From contig JAAOMT010000295.1 of NCBI GenBank assembly GCA_016748015.1, forward strand, positions 1,302,001-1,366,000: a DNA stretch of 64,000 nucleotides, read 5' to 3'. This stretch comes from Geosiphon pyriformis uo1. Taxonomy: Eukaryota; Fungi; Glomeromycota. The position numbers and the translations under genes were made by a program. Positions 12,878 through 26,118 of the stretch are shown piece by piece. Every line of letters starts with the position of its first letter. The stretch's first letter is position 1. A model generated the notes under the pieces. The model was given only the letters and a program-made list of their open reading frames with translations, did not search any database and was not told the DNA's origin.

Positions 12878-13186
12878 TTTTTTTTTTTTTTTTTTTTTTT
12901 TTTCGAAATGAAAATTTTTTTAAAATACTCAATCAAGTATAAATTGAAAAACCAAGAGTTACTATTAAAATGTAATGCAAAAGTGTCAATTAATATAAAA
13001 AAAAAATTTTTTTTTTTATTTTTCCGAATTTGAACGCACTTTTTATAAAATTGTAAATGAATATATCATTTTTAAATATTTTATGGGTCACAATTTCAAA
13101 ATGGAAATTTCTCAAATCATTTAAATTAATTTAAATTAAATTAAAATACTATTACCAAGCACCTTTGTTGATACAGTTACCTAGAG

Positions 13187-13249
<63 letters not shown>

Positions 13250-14295
13250 TAAAAGATAAGGTTTCAATTAAAATAATATATATATATAAAAATTTTTTTC
13301 AGAGAAATATTTAAATAGAATTGATTTTTTTTAAATAACTAAAATTCTTAATTCAATCTAATTTTAAAAAAAATTTTTATTTAAAATCAAAAAATTTCAA
13401 GATTATTCATGTTTTATGATAGTTAAACATTCATTAATTCATTCATTCATTCATTCATTCATTCATTCATTCGATGATGATAATAAGTAAAGATGAAAAA
13501 AAATTTTTTGACATGATTCTTTCCTATTCTAAATCAAAATATATCTTTATCAAACTATCAAAAAAAAAAATAGTTTTGTACTATAAAATTTTAAAAAAAT
13601 TTATTTTTAAAAAATTCAAAAAAGACGCCATACACTCAATTTTTATTTTTATTTTCAATGAATGTTTAATTAATATATATTGTTTAAACCATTTTTGGTA
13701 AAGTTTATAAACAATTTTGAGCTTAGTTTCAAAATTTGATAAAAAATTTTTTTTTTTTTAAAAACCCAAAATTTTTTTTCCTCGATTCTACGTTGAATAG
13801 AAGTTTCTCTTGTAGCTACTTACTAATCATTCGATTCTCACTCGAATTAATTTATCTGCCTGATCGATCAATCAATCTTAAAAATATTATGAAAAAATTA
13901 AACCCTCAGAAATAAATACCAGGTAAAGGTGTAACAAACTTTAAAAAAAAAATAAAGTTTTATTCTAACTGATAAGAAATCGTATGATTTTACTTAATTT
14001 ATAGAATTATAGTTAGTTAGGAAATCTTTCTTGTGTTGGAATCAGAGATTTCTAAGCATATAAAAGATTTTCATCCCTTTTTTTTATGGAAAGATTTTGT
14101 TCTCTATCAAATGAAACAACTAACTTTTACTGTATTTTATAAAATTTTCAATATTTTTCATCGTTTTGGGTCAGGCGGCATTTTTAAAATCTCTTTTTAA
14201 AACACGCCAAATTTTTATGATAACTAGTAATTTAAATTGTAAAATCAATAATAATTGATATTATTTGAAAGAAAACCATTCAAATTTATACAATT

Positions 14296-14347
<52 letters not shown>

Positions 14348-14349
14348 TA

Positions 14350-14386
<37 letters not shown>

Positions 14387-14548
14387 ACATTTTAATTAAA
14401 TTGATAAAATTTATTTTAAAAAAAAAAAAACGTTCCAATTAAAAAAATATATTTATTAACTCTTTTAAATAATAAGATATTAATTAAATTTGCATATTTG
14501 AAATTTATTAAAATAAAGTTTGGTATTATGTGGAATCCAGAGTTAATT

Positions 14549-15055
14549 TTACATTTTAAATTTCTAAATAAAATAAAATAAAATTACTATTTTAACAATT
14601 TATCAAATATATATATTGAAAATCTCATGAAAATTAAATTTTTTTTTTACCTTTTTCCCTGATTTTAACCCGATTTCTTCATAATATTCTTTGAGTATTG
14701 ATTCATGATTTTTTATATTCCGAAGTGGTTCCCATTCTCTGATTGGTTGATCATCGCCTTTTTTTTAAAAAAAAAAAATAAATATTATTATTATTTCGGT
14801 AATGATATAATAAAAAAAAAGTTTTGATTTAATTTAAATAATTTATGACCCTAAAAATAAGTAAAATAATTATTAATTTAATTCACATTGATACCTTTAA
14901 AATAATATTCAATAGCTACAAAAATAACTCCTTTTACAACTTTTAAATCATATATTTTCTCCACAAATGCTATATCCCCTTGTTCTATATCATCTTTCAC
15001 ATCTTCCCAAAATTTATCTTCTATTTCAATTTCATCATCAATATCAATATCAATA

Positions 15056-15149
<94 letters not shown>

Positions 15150-15312
15150 CATCATCATCATAATCATCATAAAAGTTATACAAGCTTTCATATCGTTTGG
15201 AAATTTTTTTCTTGCTTTCAGCTTCTATTTTAACCTTGGCTGCTTTCTTACTGGCAATATAATGAATTATTTGACTTGATTTAAAATTTCCTTTCCTAGG
15301 AAACAAAGTCAT
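14549..15312 (-). CDS. Small stand-alone chromodomain-like protein with acidic/poly-Asn N-terminal region, about 179 aa, 2-3 exons
   Basis: Exon 1 15312-14895 (ends ..IEYYFK G|GTATCA) joins in phase to exon 2 14757-14651, giving AFVEKIYDLKVVKGVIFVAIEYYFKGDDQPIREWEPLRNIKNHESILKEYYEE. This aligns with the chromodomain pattern VEKI.D.R..KG..EY..KWKG....TWEPEENL....LI.EF. Probable tiny last exon 14563-14549 (KFKM*). Confidence 0.7.
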
Positions 15313-15837
15313 TGTAAAATATCAAAAAAAAAATTTCGAATTTATCAATTATTATTTATTTTTTTGAAAGCAGCAGCAGCAGCCAATGAAAAAGTTGTTT
15401 AAAAATTACCTTTTTGAGAATAAAGTTCCATGATTATCATTAGGTAATTTTACGGACTCCTTATAATTCATAAAAAAAGAAGGAAAAACTTAATTGATAA
15501 ATCTTTCCCGAGAATTTTTATTGTTGCCCCTTTTTATCTACCTGTAAGATCTTCAATTTAGTTACTTTACGTGTATTTTTTTTAAAGATTTTATCACATT
15601 TCGTCATTTACGTCATTTTTACATCAAATCAATGATTTATTATTTGAGATTATACTGAAATAAAATAACAATATTTTTTTTTAATAGATTAAATTATTAA
15701 TATAATTTCTATTTGGACTTTTTTTGTTAATTTAATTGTTTAATTATCATCATATTTTATTAAAAGAATTTTTATTATATTTGTATATTTTAATTTCAAA
15801 TTTGGTTAATTTTATTATGTACATATACATATAAAAA

Positions 15838-15882
<45 letters not shown>

Positions 15883-16248
15883 GTGTAGTTTTTAAAATTA
15901 TTCATTAATATTTTATAATCAAATATTTAATATATTTTTTTTAAAAAATATAAATTTATTAAAATTTATGTTAATAAATTAAATACAATTATTAAAAATA
16001 TATTATTTTGAATTTAATTTATTATTTAATAACTTTTTACTTGTTCACTAGAATTTTATTAATAATTTTCATAAACTTGGAAAATTTTTATAATTTACAT
16101 AGTTGATATATCAACTTAATTTTCTAAATCCCAAATATTTTAGAAATATTATAAAGTGTAATTCATCAATTTTTTAACACGGTCAACAAGTTTACCAGAA
16201 AAATCTTTGAAAGAAAAAGTTCAAGTTAACACTTTATAAATGTCTTTC

Positions 16249-17531
16249 TTAGAAATTATTATTTTCTCTACGTATAGGTCTACCACCCCCACATCCTTCA
16301 CGAGACATAAAAAAGCCAAAATATGGACCTAAATGAGCAGTTGTCTGTTGAACTTGATAAGTGCTTCGAGAATTCTCAAATCGTAGGTTACAATTCTAAA
16401 AAAAAAAAAAAAACACGAATAAATATGAGAAAAAGATTTATCATATGTTAAAAAGTATAAATTCTACAAAACCTTATTCTCCATTCCTACAGGACTGGTA
16501 CATCGGTAAAACGAATCTTTCCCTTCATATAATTCTATTTGGTCATCTTCATACCTTTTCCAACAATCACAACTTTGATCTGGAACAATCCAAGTTTCCA
16601 TTGATGTGTGAGTCAAATAATTATCTCCAAAGAATAAAGGAGCATAATCGTCGTGAACTGTCACTCGTTCAACCCAAATTCTTTTCTGCATATATCTTAC
16701 AAAGATATCATTTCCTATGCGCGGGGCCCCGTAGGTAATTAATATCACCTGCCGCTTGGGCCAAAATTTGTTGAAAATTATTGCTGCAAAAGTGGCTAAA
16801 ACTAAAAAAAAATTTCAATGTGAAAAAAAACAGTCAATTGCAAAGAAAACAAAATAATTTTTTTTAAAAATGATTATTTTACTTACCTGCGCCCCCGCCA
16901 TGTCCAGTAAGAACGAGAGTATATTTGTCATACTTTATGTTATTATCTACATATTGTGTCAACATTTTCAAGGTCTGATTGGCTGCAAGACTCCAATACT
17001 TTATATAAAATCTTCTTAAAATCATGGCATTTACCCAATTCTGATAAGGAACGTCTATCAGTTCTGGTGTTTCCCCCATACTATCAAGTTGATCATAACT
17101 CAATTCTGGTGTCTTGAATGTTGCAAATATTACATCAATAATCTGCTTTGGATCCAGTGGACTTTGAAAATTCATGAAAGTTTCGATCATAACTATTTTT
17201 CCATTTTAATCATTTTTCTCAATAAAGATTTGGTTGAAGAGCATGATTTCTTAAAGAAAAACGAAAAATAAAATACGTTACTAAATTTTTCTGGTTCAAG
17301 AAGAATAGGTGTTTCGGAAATATCTGGGCAATAAAGGTGCGCAGTAAATAATGTTGCTGAAGACAAAAATCTTTCAGAGATGGAGACTTCTTTGATTGGG
17401 GGTGGGATAAAATTCGGAAGTGTGAATGTTTTATTGGACCCGAAAGGATCTTTAACTTTTAATGAATCAGTGGGCAAAAAATTTAAGAAAGATAAGAAAA
17501 TTATAAACCAAAAAAATAAAAGAGTATTCAT
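16249..17531 (-). CDS. Secreted class-3 lipase-like protein, nucleophile Ser replaced by Gly (GHGGG), 4 exons, about 343 aa
   Basis: Exons 17531-17282, 17192-16887, 16801-16473 and 16395-16249 are all in phase. Hydrophobic signal peptide; LVLTGHGGGAVLA elbow; ITYGAPRIGNDIF, RVTVHDDYAP, H..METWI, CDC and AHLGPYFG, which are Lipase_3 hallmarks. Confidence 0.88.
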
Positions 17532-17621
17532 TGCTTTTAAAAATGAAAAATAATAAATAATAATAGCTTTAAATATGTTTTTTATTCCATTAAAATTTGC
17601 TGGTCAATTTTCCTCTTCACT

Positions 17622-17653
<32 letters not shown>

Positions 17654-17985
17654 TCAATCTCATGTTTTGAAAACAAAAATTAATCAATTCAATCATAAAT
17701 ATTGGATAACCAATGGATTATGCTATGTGTGTGTGTGTGTGTGTGTGTTAATGTTTGTAGAAAAGTTCCGCATAAACAAATATGATGATAATCTTGGTGC
17801 ATCAGAGAATGATCATAGATTAAAAAATAATTTTAAAATTTTGAACATGAATGAAACTCTTTCTTTATGATTCTATCTTTATTTTGAGGTCGAAAAAACT
17901 TAATATCTAAATGAGAATAAATTAAAAAATTAAAAGTTTCATGAATTTTAATAAATATTACAAAGATGATTTTGCTTTTAAAAAA

Positions 17986-18101
17986 TTAGATCACGTATAG
18001 GAAAAGCATGAGCCACGTCTTGTATATAACATTCGTATGTTGTATCTAATAGATAGTGGTTGGGTTACACTTGGAGAAGCAGGTAAAAAAAAAAAAAAAA
18101 A
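17986..18101 (+). mobile_element. Very short LINE 3'-end retrocopy (SINE-like) with poly(A)
   Basis: GATCACGTATAG..CATGAGCCACG..GATAGTGGTTGGGTTACAC followed by an A-run; same tail motifs as 1335-1430 and 19107-19200. Confidence 0.6.
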
Positions 18102-18538
18102 GTTTTTATGAGAATAAAAGTATCCAAAGACTTGAACCAAAAATAATTTTTTTACGAAAAATTCTAATTCATTGATTTAATATTTATGTATTTAAATTTA
18201 TTCTGTTATAGTTTTAATTGCAATAATATCATGATAAATAAGTTATCCAAAAAATGAACATGTCTTGTAAAATTTCATTGAATAAAGAGCATTAGATAAT
18301 GATAAATTTGAAAAATATATGAATTAATCAACTTGTAATTAAAATTTAATTGTAATTTACATTAATTTCATATATAGTAATTTACTTGACTCACAATTTT
18401 AAGCATATTAAAAAACTATTGTTAAATTTTTGAATAAATTAATATTTTACAACTTAATTAAAATTAAATAATAACAAAAATTTTAGATTAAATATTATTT
18501 AAAACTTAATATTACTTAGATCAATAAATAAATGAAAT

Positions 18539-19202
18539 GAAATGCATCAGGTGTGGTGGGGTGGGATGGAGAACTCTGACCACTCATTTTTGTGTGTTTC
18601 GAATGCTGCTATTCAGAAGAAGATTATCAAAGATGGTGCTGATAGGTGGGCGACTTTGTCAGATCATTCTATATTCTTGATTCTCGGGTCTTGCAGGTTC
18701 TTGATGATGCGGTCGCGTCTGGTAACCTTTATATGGCTGTGGCTAAGGGTTTCATTTTTATGGATTGGTATAGGGACTCACTTTCTACGTTTGAGTCTGT
18801 TTCCAAGGCTGTCCGATGCATTGTGGCTTTTGTTCGTGGCTTGGTAGTTGAACATAGGGACAGCATTTGGTGGAATGTGAGAAGAGAGGTCTGATAGTGG
18901 GTGACAATTTTGTTCTGCTCAATGTTCGTGGCTCACCGGTTATTAGGTCTAGGAGCTCTGCTCGCAAGGAATGTTTTGGTCACGGTTTGTCGGTGTGTTT
19001 TGGTCTTGCTGTAGGTCGGCAGTTCGTTTCAGAAAGGTTTTGTAGAGCTTTCGGGACTGCAAGTGGGTCGCATTTGAATGTTGTGTAGTATAGCCTTGAT
19101 TAGCCTGAGTGGCTGATCACATGTAGTCAAGGCGTAAGCCACACCTATTTTAGAGTATTTTTTGCTATATTGTAATAGGTAGTGGTTGGGCTGCACTTGT
19201 AA
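18539..19202 (+). mobile_element. 5'-truncated LINE insertion (ORF2 C-terminal CCHC region plus 3' UTR) with 16-bp target-site duplication
   Basis: Identical AATAAATAAATGAAAT at 18523-18538 and 19203-19218. Translation gives CIRCG..MENSDHSFLC (zinc knuckle), then LYMAVAKGFIFMDWY..HRDSIW, with frameshifts. Shared 3' tail. Confidence 0.8.
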
Positions 19203-19654
19203 AATAAATAAATGAAATTTATATTTTTAACTCAATTTACATAATTACCAAATCCAAACAATTCTTTTAGTTGTAACACCAATACCGTGTAATTCTACCT
19301 TAATCGTTTGATCTAACTCACATGATTATTAAGGTTTAAACTTAGGACATTATGAATCAAAATTTGTTTTCTCAAAAAACTGAACTCCTTTGTCCCACGT
19401 GAAATTGCCAAAAACCAGGCCTTTTCTGCTTCAACTTGACACCCTCCACCCTCCACCCTCCACCCTCCCCTCCCCTCCCCTCCCCTCCCTCCCCCATAAT
19501 TTCTACCTTTTTCTCAGATCTCTGAAATCTTTTATTGCCAAACTATATTCACCAATTCTCACTCATTTCATCACGATTTGACATGCCTAAAAAGAAAATC
19601 GAAAAAGTCATAAAATACTCTGTTGAAATTTAACAATTTAGTGAGATTGTTAGA

Positions 19655-20887
19655 ATGTACGAAAATTTTCAACCTGAATCCCCTCTGCTACCACCTTCTA
19701 GAATGATAACCATCGATATCCCTTTAACATATTCAGAAAACAACATTGTTGATTTACCTGATTTATTAAAGGAATCTAGTGTTTTACCCTTAACTCCTCC
19801 AAGACAAAATGAAACAGCCTCCGAGTCTGATTCGTCGAGTAAAGGATCAGAAGATTTTCAAACCCCTGATCCTCAATCTTCATCCTGAATCGGGTGATTT
19901 CTCTTTAGAAAAGGATCCCTTTCTTCGTCGTATTCTTGAAAATGCGGAGATTAACAAAAAAGTGACAAAGTTTGAGCAAGAGGTAAAGTAAGCTTTTCAC
20001 AAATTCGACTTCAAAGAAATACTATTTTTCCCTTTTTTTTATCTTTTACAAAAAAATTCAAAGAAAGAAAACAAGAATAGAAAATTATAATTTTTCTAAT
20101 CCATTCATTGATTATAGTGAGTTAGCCCCATCACAACGCTATACTGGAAAGATTCGCCTCTCTGTTTATGGTTTCTTTGTTTAGAGGTTCTCTACAAATT
20201 GAGGACTCGAATATTTAGTATGATTCTCCACAGCTTCATCTGGTTTGTCTTGTTGCCAAACCTCCAAATAGAAATATTTATTTATGTTTCGGTTTCCTTA
20301 AATTAGTGATGCCTCACCTGATACGAAAAAGGTCTCATCTAAACCGCTATGGACGCTAGGGCACGAAAGACATTGAAGATAGATCATACAACCGCCGAAG
20401 ATAATAGCAATAACACTATCAATCAGTCAAAGAAAACCTCATCATCACAGATTTTACATTCTCAAATTATTAAAGTTTTTGTCCCTCAAAAATTAATCTT
20501 CAAAGACAATTATCAAATTTCATCAATTAAATATTCCAGTCAGCCTATTTTGAGAAGATCAAGCCAGTCTTCTTTGAAAAATTTAAATTATGCGTTCTCT
20601 TCAAAGACCGCAAATATGATTAAAGATTCTTCCATGTCCATACATGCACCTCCTCCACCATTACTACCATCACTAACACCAACACCTAACAGAAATGGTA
20701 CAATTGCTTTCATAATCAATCCCAATATCTCAGTCAGAAAATAAAAACAATAGTTTATATCACAGAAAAGATATAACTCCTCCTCCTCCTCCTCCTCCTC
20801 CTCCTCCTCCTATTCCGAGATACATTCCAGAAGTTAACAAAACTTCAGGGAAAACTCTTAAATGTTATACTGTGGTGGGTATCTACC

Positions 20888-20966
<79 letters not shown>

Positions 20967-21434
20967 CCACTTACTGCTTACTCTAGATCGTAGAAATTTG
21001 ACTATTGGAAAAATTGAGCTCACTCTTTTATTATTGATTGACTTTTAGGAATCTATAAATCCGAAAGTGCAAAAAATTTTGGACACATTTAAATAAGAAG
21101 TAGGTGCAGGTACGTTAATCAAGAAAATTTTCATAGTTTACTCTATCAAAATAAACTTTTGTTAATCATTTGTCATTTGTCATTTTCACTCCTTCAGAAT
21201 CTTTTGCACTTAAAAATATATTCCCTCCTAATCTTAAATTTCACTTATTGGCTACGATAACCAAAGGCTACTAATATAACGAGTTTAATGAGAAATATTA
21301 ACCAATAATTTGCCACAGAATAAGTATACAGTCATGAAGAATGGAATAAATTAGTTTATCCGAGTATTTGGGATGAAGTTAAGGAAATTGTTTCTTTGCC
21401 TTATAAAGTCTTTAGCAATGCTAAGGAAAAGTGA
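19655..21434 (+). pseudogene. Disrupted multi-exon gene for a Ser/Pro-rich protein ending in EEWNKLVYPSIWDEVKE..SLPYKV
   Basis: Coding-like segments 19655-19983, 20349-20879 (poly-Pro from a CCT repeat), about 21050-21110 and 21199-21434 need frameshifts (about 19870 and 20730) and contain in-frame stops. The C-terminus is shared with gene 37473-38195. Confidence 0.55.
20884..20968. repeat. (TACT)n tetranucleotide microsatellite (intronic)
   Basis: Directly visible. Confidence 0.95.
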
Positions 21435-22029
21435 ATTTGAATTTGAAGAGTTTTCAAGAATAGTCTACTTAAGTTCTAGTAAAAATTCAGTTACTATGAT
21501 TTAGGCCCTCTTGCCCTTTTCTTAATTCATTTTTCTGATGCATTGAGCTCACATATTTCGAATACTTATTGTAAGATTCTTTAAAACAGTCTTGAAACAA
21601 TGTAAGAATGAGTCATTTTGAAAAAAAAAACTTTAGAAAATGCAAAAAGTCTAATACTTGTAATCGAATATGTTTTTTGAAATATTTTAATGTCATTTAT
21701 AATTACACTTTTAGGTTTAACTATACCGTTCAATTGGATACAATTATGATGTGCAAAGAAAAATTAATTCATGTGTGAAAAAATAAAATTAATTATAAAT
21801 TTTTATAATTATACTTAAAATTTTTTTTATTATAGGTCAAATTATTACAATGAGTAAAATACTGCAAAAAATATAAACTATGAAAATGATAATAGTGATA
21901 ATAACAACGACATAAAGAAACTATAACTTAGCAACTTATGTTATAATTATAGATTCATTAAAATTGGCTAATGGCAATAATAATGTGTTTAAGAAATAAA
22001 ACTTTAGTTGAAGAGTATTTAAAAAAATT
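21336..22029 (+). repeat. Direct duplication, copy 1 (copy 2 at 38091-38846)
   Basis: By-eye alignment: shared coding end, diverged proximal 3' UTR, near-identical distal about 320 bp. Confidence 0.9.
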
Positions 22030-25000
22030 CATTGCAAAAAATTTTTTGTTAGAGATATAATATCATTAATTACAGGTCAAAAATTATTACTAAAAATATA
22101 TTGTTTGAATTATTTATCTTGATATTATTTGAAAAAATTAAATTTTTTATTTTTTATTAAGTTAATAAATATTTCGTGATATATATTTGTTTGAAAAAAT
22201 TTCATAATTTGTAATTAAAAAATTATTTAAAAAGGTCAAGATTATAAATCTAGTTCATTACAAATTATTTATTTAATTAATTTAGTATATTTAAATTTAA
22301 GAATTAGAAATTAGAAAGTAAAAAATGAACATTATTTTTTAAAATAAAAAATATATTAGTCTTAAAAGCAAAAAAGAAAAAATCTAATTCTATACTAAAA
22401 TTTAGAATTACTTATAAATAAAGGTTTAATTGAAATAATATAAAAATATTAAAAAAGTCTTGAAATATAGCTGATTATTATATTTTAAGAAAGTAAGTTT
22501 ATAATAAAAGATTTATTATTTGAAAACTTGCCTATTTATAAAATTTTAACTATAAAAAAAGAATATGAATATTTTATATAATTCAAGTTGACTTTGATGA
22601 ATTGGTTGCAAGATTTATTTAAATTCTTAAAAAATAATATATGAAAAAAATTATGAGACTTTTAATGGATTCGATTGCGAAATTTCTTAACATGAACAAG
22701 TAATTAAATAAAATTTTTCAATCGGTAAGAGATTGTAATTAATATAATTATGATGCGTTTTTATTTTCATTATTTAATTTGTAAAATACCATGTCTAATT
22801 CACAATTAGAATTAATGATATAGGGAATAAAAAATTTGTATACTTTAATACCTAATTGGTAATTAATTTCTCAAAAATAATTACCTTTTTTAAAAAATTG
22901 TTCATCAAATGAGTAATTTTTGAAAAGCTGATTTAAAACATTATATTTATTTATTGATTGAATTTTTCAATCTTGGCGAAATTAATTTAATTCAATTTTA
23001 TTAATCATAAATGACACGAAAACATAATGTTACTTTTTTTATATATATATCACTAATACTGAAATATTTATCTATCTATTTTTGATTTTTGATTTTTTTG
23101 AAGAAATTGATTTTTATGAAAATTTAATGCTTAAAATTTTAAATAAATATTTAAATTTCTTTGTTTTTATTACATGTGAATTATATTTTTTTTCAAATAC
23201 TTAATTTTTTCTATTGAAAACCATGCTACTAATAATAATAATATTTTTTTCAAATTGTTGATAGCAAATAAGTTTATTATTGATATTAAATTTTTTTTAA
23301 CTGTTATATTATTATTATTTGTAACAACTTGTTATACAAAGTTTTGAAAAAACAATTTAATATTAATCTTTGATTATAACTGATTAGCTTCTAATTCAAA
23401 TTTTTTATTTTAAAAAATTTGTTATTATTATTAGATTTATTTTTGGATAAATTAAATTTGAATAAAAAGTTTATTATTTTGGTTTGTATTTTTTAATCTT
23501 AAAAAAATATATTTTATTTATTTAAATACTGATACATAAAGAATTGACTTAAAAATATCTGCTAAAAACTTCATTTAAATTGTTAATTGTTTTTTTTTTA
23601 TTGTTTTTTTGATAAAAAAAATATATTGAAAGTTTTAAAAAGTATAATCAACAATAATTTCAATCTTTGATATAATAAAAAAAATTTAAAATTGTGTAAA
23701 TAGTTTGTAATTTTTAATCAAGTATATAATAATTGATATAATTTTATGTTTAATTTTTATTTTTAGAATTGATTAAAAATAAATTATAAAACTAAAAGTA
23801 AAGTTTTTTTCAAACTTAAGAAACAACAACTTATAAAAGAATATTTTCTGATTAAATTACTTAAAATGGATTAATTTTTAATAAAGAAAGTTTCAAAATC
23901 AAAATTTTAACATGAATTTAAAATATGAATTTAATGCTTTAGAATAAATTAATTAAAATCTTATGTATTTTTGGATAAACACTTTTTATTTAATTGAAAT
24001 GCAGAATTAACAGTTCTTAATATTCTCAAATACTTGTTATAATTTTTTTTAAATAATTAATTTTCTAAAATACAAAGTTTCATCGGATAAAAATTAATTC
24101 ACTCTTATTTAGAAAATTTTGTAATTTATAAATACTTTCAAAAATTTTTATGTGATATTGGCTTCAAATTTCAAAAATTATGGATTAATTAGTTTTTGAA
24201 ATATAAAATAAAGCTTTTGTGAAATTTTTGGAGTAATCATCGAATGAGATATTAATTAATTAATTTTTTTGTAATCTTGGATTTCTTATAACTTAAAATT
24301 AAAATATCAGTAAACATGATTTTCTTTTCTTTATTTAATTTATTTAAAAATTATTTCAAGTAATTTCTTCCACAGTTCAAACCTTTTGTTTTATTTTTGT
24401 GAAAATGGCTGATATGGAATTATATTTAATGTATTTATTGCCTGAAAGTTAAAATTATAAAATTATGAAAATTTTTTATTGAAATATTTATTTGAAATTT
24501 TGCAAAATTAGCTCAATTAATATTGTCATTTTCAAAAAATCTTCTGAATGTTATAGATGAAAAAATTTATTTTGGGCAATATTCATTGACAATTTTATCT
24601 CGAAATGATTATTGTCAAATATTTTCGGAATCGAAAGTATTCGCAAACAAAAATTGACTATTCAATATGGTATTTCATTTTTAGTACTCAAAATATAAGA
24701 AACTCCCTCCTTTATTAGTTGTTCAAAATGCTTAAACCATTATTAAATTTAATTAAATGAGGTACAGTTTTAGCAAAAAGTTAGAGAGGAGTCAATTAAA
24801 ATAATTTAAAACTGATAAACTTTTGATTTCAATTCATGCATTGTCAAAATCATTTTATTAATCAGTAAATCATTAATTCAATATTGCTGAAATATTTAAA
24901 TTAATTATATATTTTTACTAATTTTTGCTAATTGCCTTAGATCAAAATATGTAATATCTTTAATTTTAAATGTTTATAACTGACTATTAAACTTTTTTCC

Positions 25001-25926
25001 TTAGAGTTTTCTTAAATTATTAGAGAATGAAAAAAATTCTTTGTAAGTCCTAGTTTTTCAATACTTTTAATTAGCTAAGCAATTTATATATAGTTTTTTA
25101 ATAAATTTTTAGAAACCATGTTAAAAGTGTAATAGTTTTTTTTCAAGATCGAATTTCAAAGGCTCAAGGCTTCAGCTTAGCCGGAATTTGCAATCATAAT
25201 TGGTACTTTGATTCCCTTACCCTAGAAAACAGAAGTTGAAGTAGACATATTTTACGGGTTTGTTATACTGCAGGAGTTCTGTAAGTAAATTTTCGCATGG
25301 TGAAATAACATCCAAGATTTTCCCTCAAAAAAGGAGAATCTTGCGTAAGATCGATCGACGAAAAACGTGGAAATACCCTTAAAAAAAATAAATCATCCCA
25401 ACAATGGTTAAAATCCAATAATGAAAGAAACGCACAGATCCCCAGTTTTGTGCATGCCTCCTGCCCATATGGCAAATTTTGAGATTTCCTCTAAAGTCGA
25501 TTAATTTAAGTTTTGTTTCCGGCTTTAGGTGAAAACTTGTTCAATAGTAGGAGATTCGATCATTTTATGCAACGCAAAAATTACAGGAAAATGTCAATCT
25601 GGTTTGTGTTGTCCTTCCTGTTTCGTGCAGTAATGTATCATTCCATCATATTGCGCCTTTGAATGAGATTCCATTGATCTTACTTGCATATTATTAATGG
25701 ATTAAAAATTTTGTAAAGATTTTGAATGATATATAAAAGAACATGGCCTCCGTTGGATTTGACAGCATAAGAAAAACCCATTCTATCGAGACTAAACTTA
25801 TCTCTCTTACTCAAACAATCACTATTATACTACATCAATCACTTTTGTCTCTTATTTCAACGCCATCTATAGTGTATTCCTTACCTAATAAACCAACGAG
25901 TTAATTTTACCTTTTTACGAAGCGAT

Positions 25927-26068
25927 ATGGAAATTTCAAATATCGAAAATCAAACCTCAACAAACGATTCCTCAACTTCCTTGACGACTGACGGGTCAAA
26001 CCTTTTGACAACTGAAACTTATCCGAAATGTTTTCTCCTTCCACCAGACCAGCGACCAAATGAGTCAC

Positions 26069-26118
<50 letters not shown>

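Noticed and set aside
23780-24680. Possible decayed gene or transposon relics in AT-rich stretches (also 22050-23760, 26700-27100, 30800-31400, 42650-43380)
   Set aside because: Short coding-like patches only; no motif I can support.
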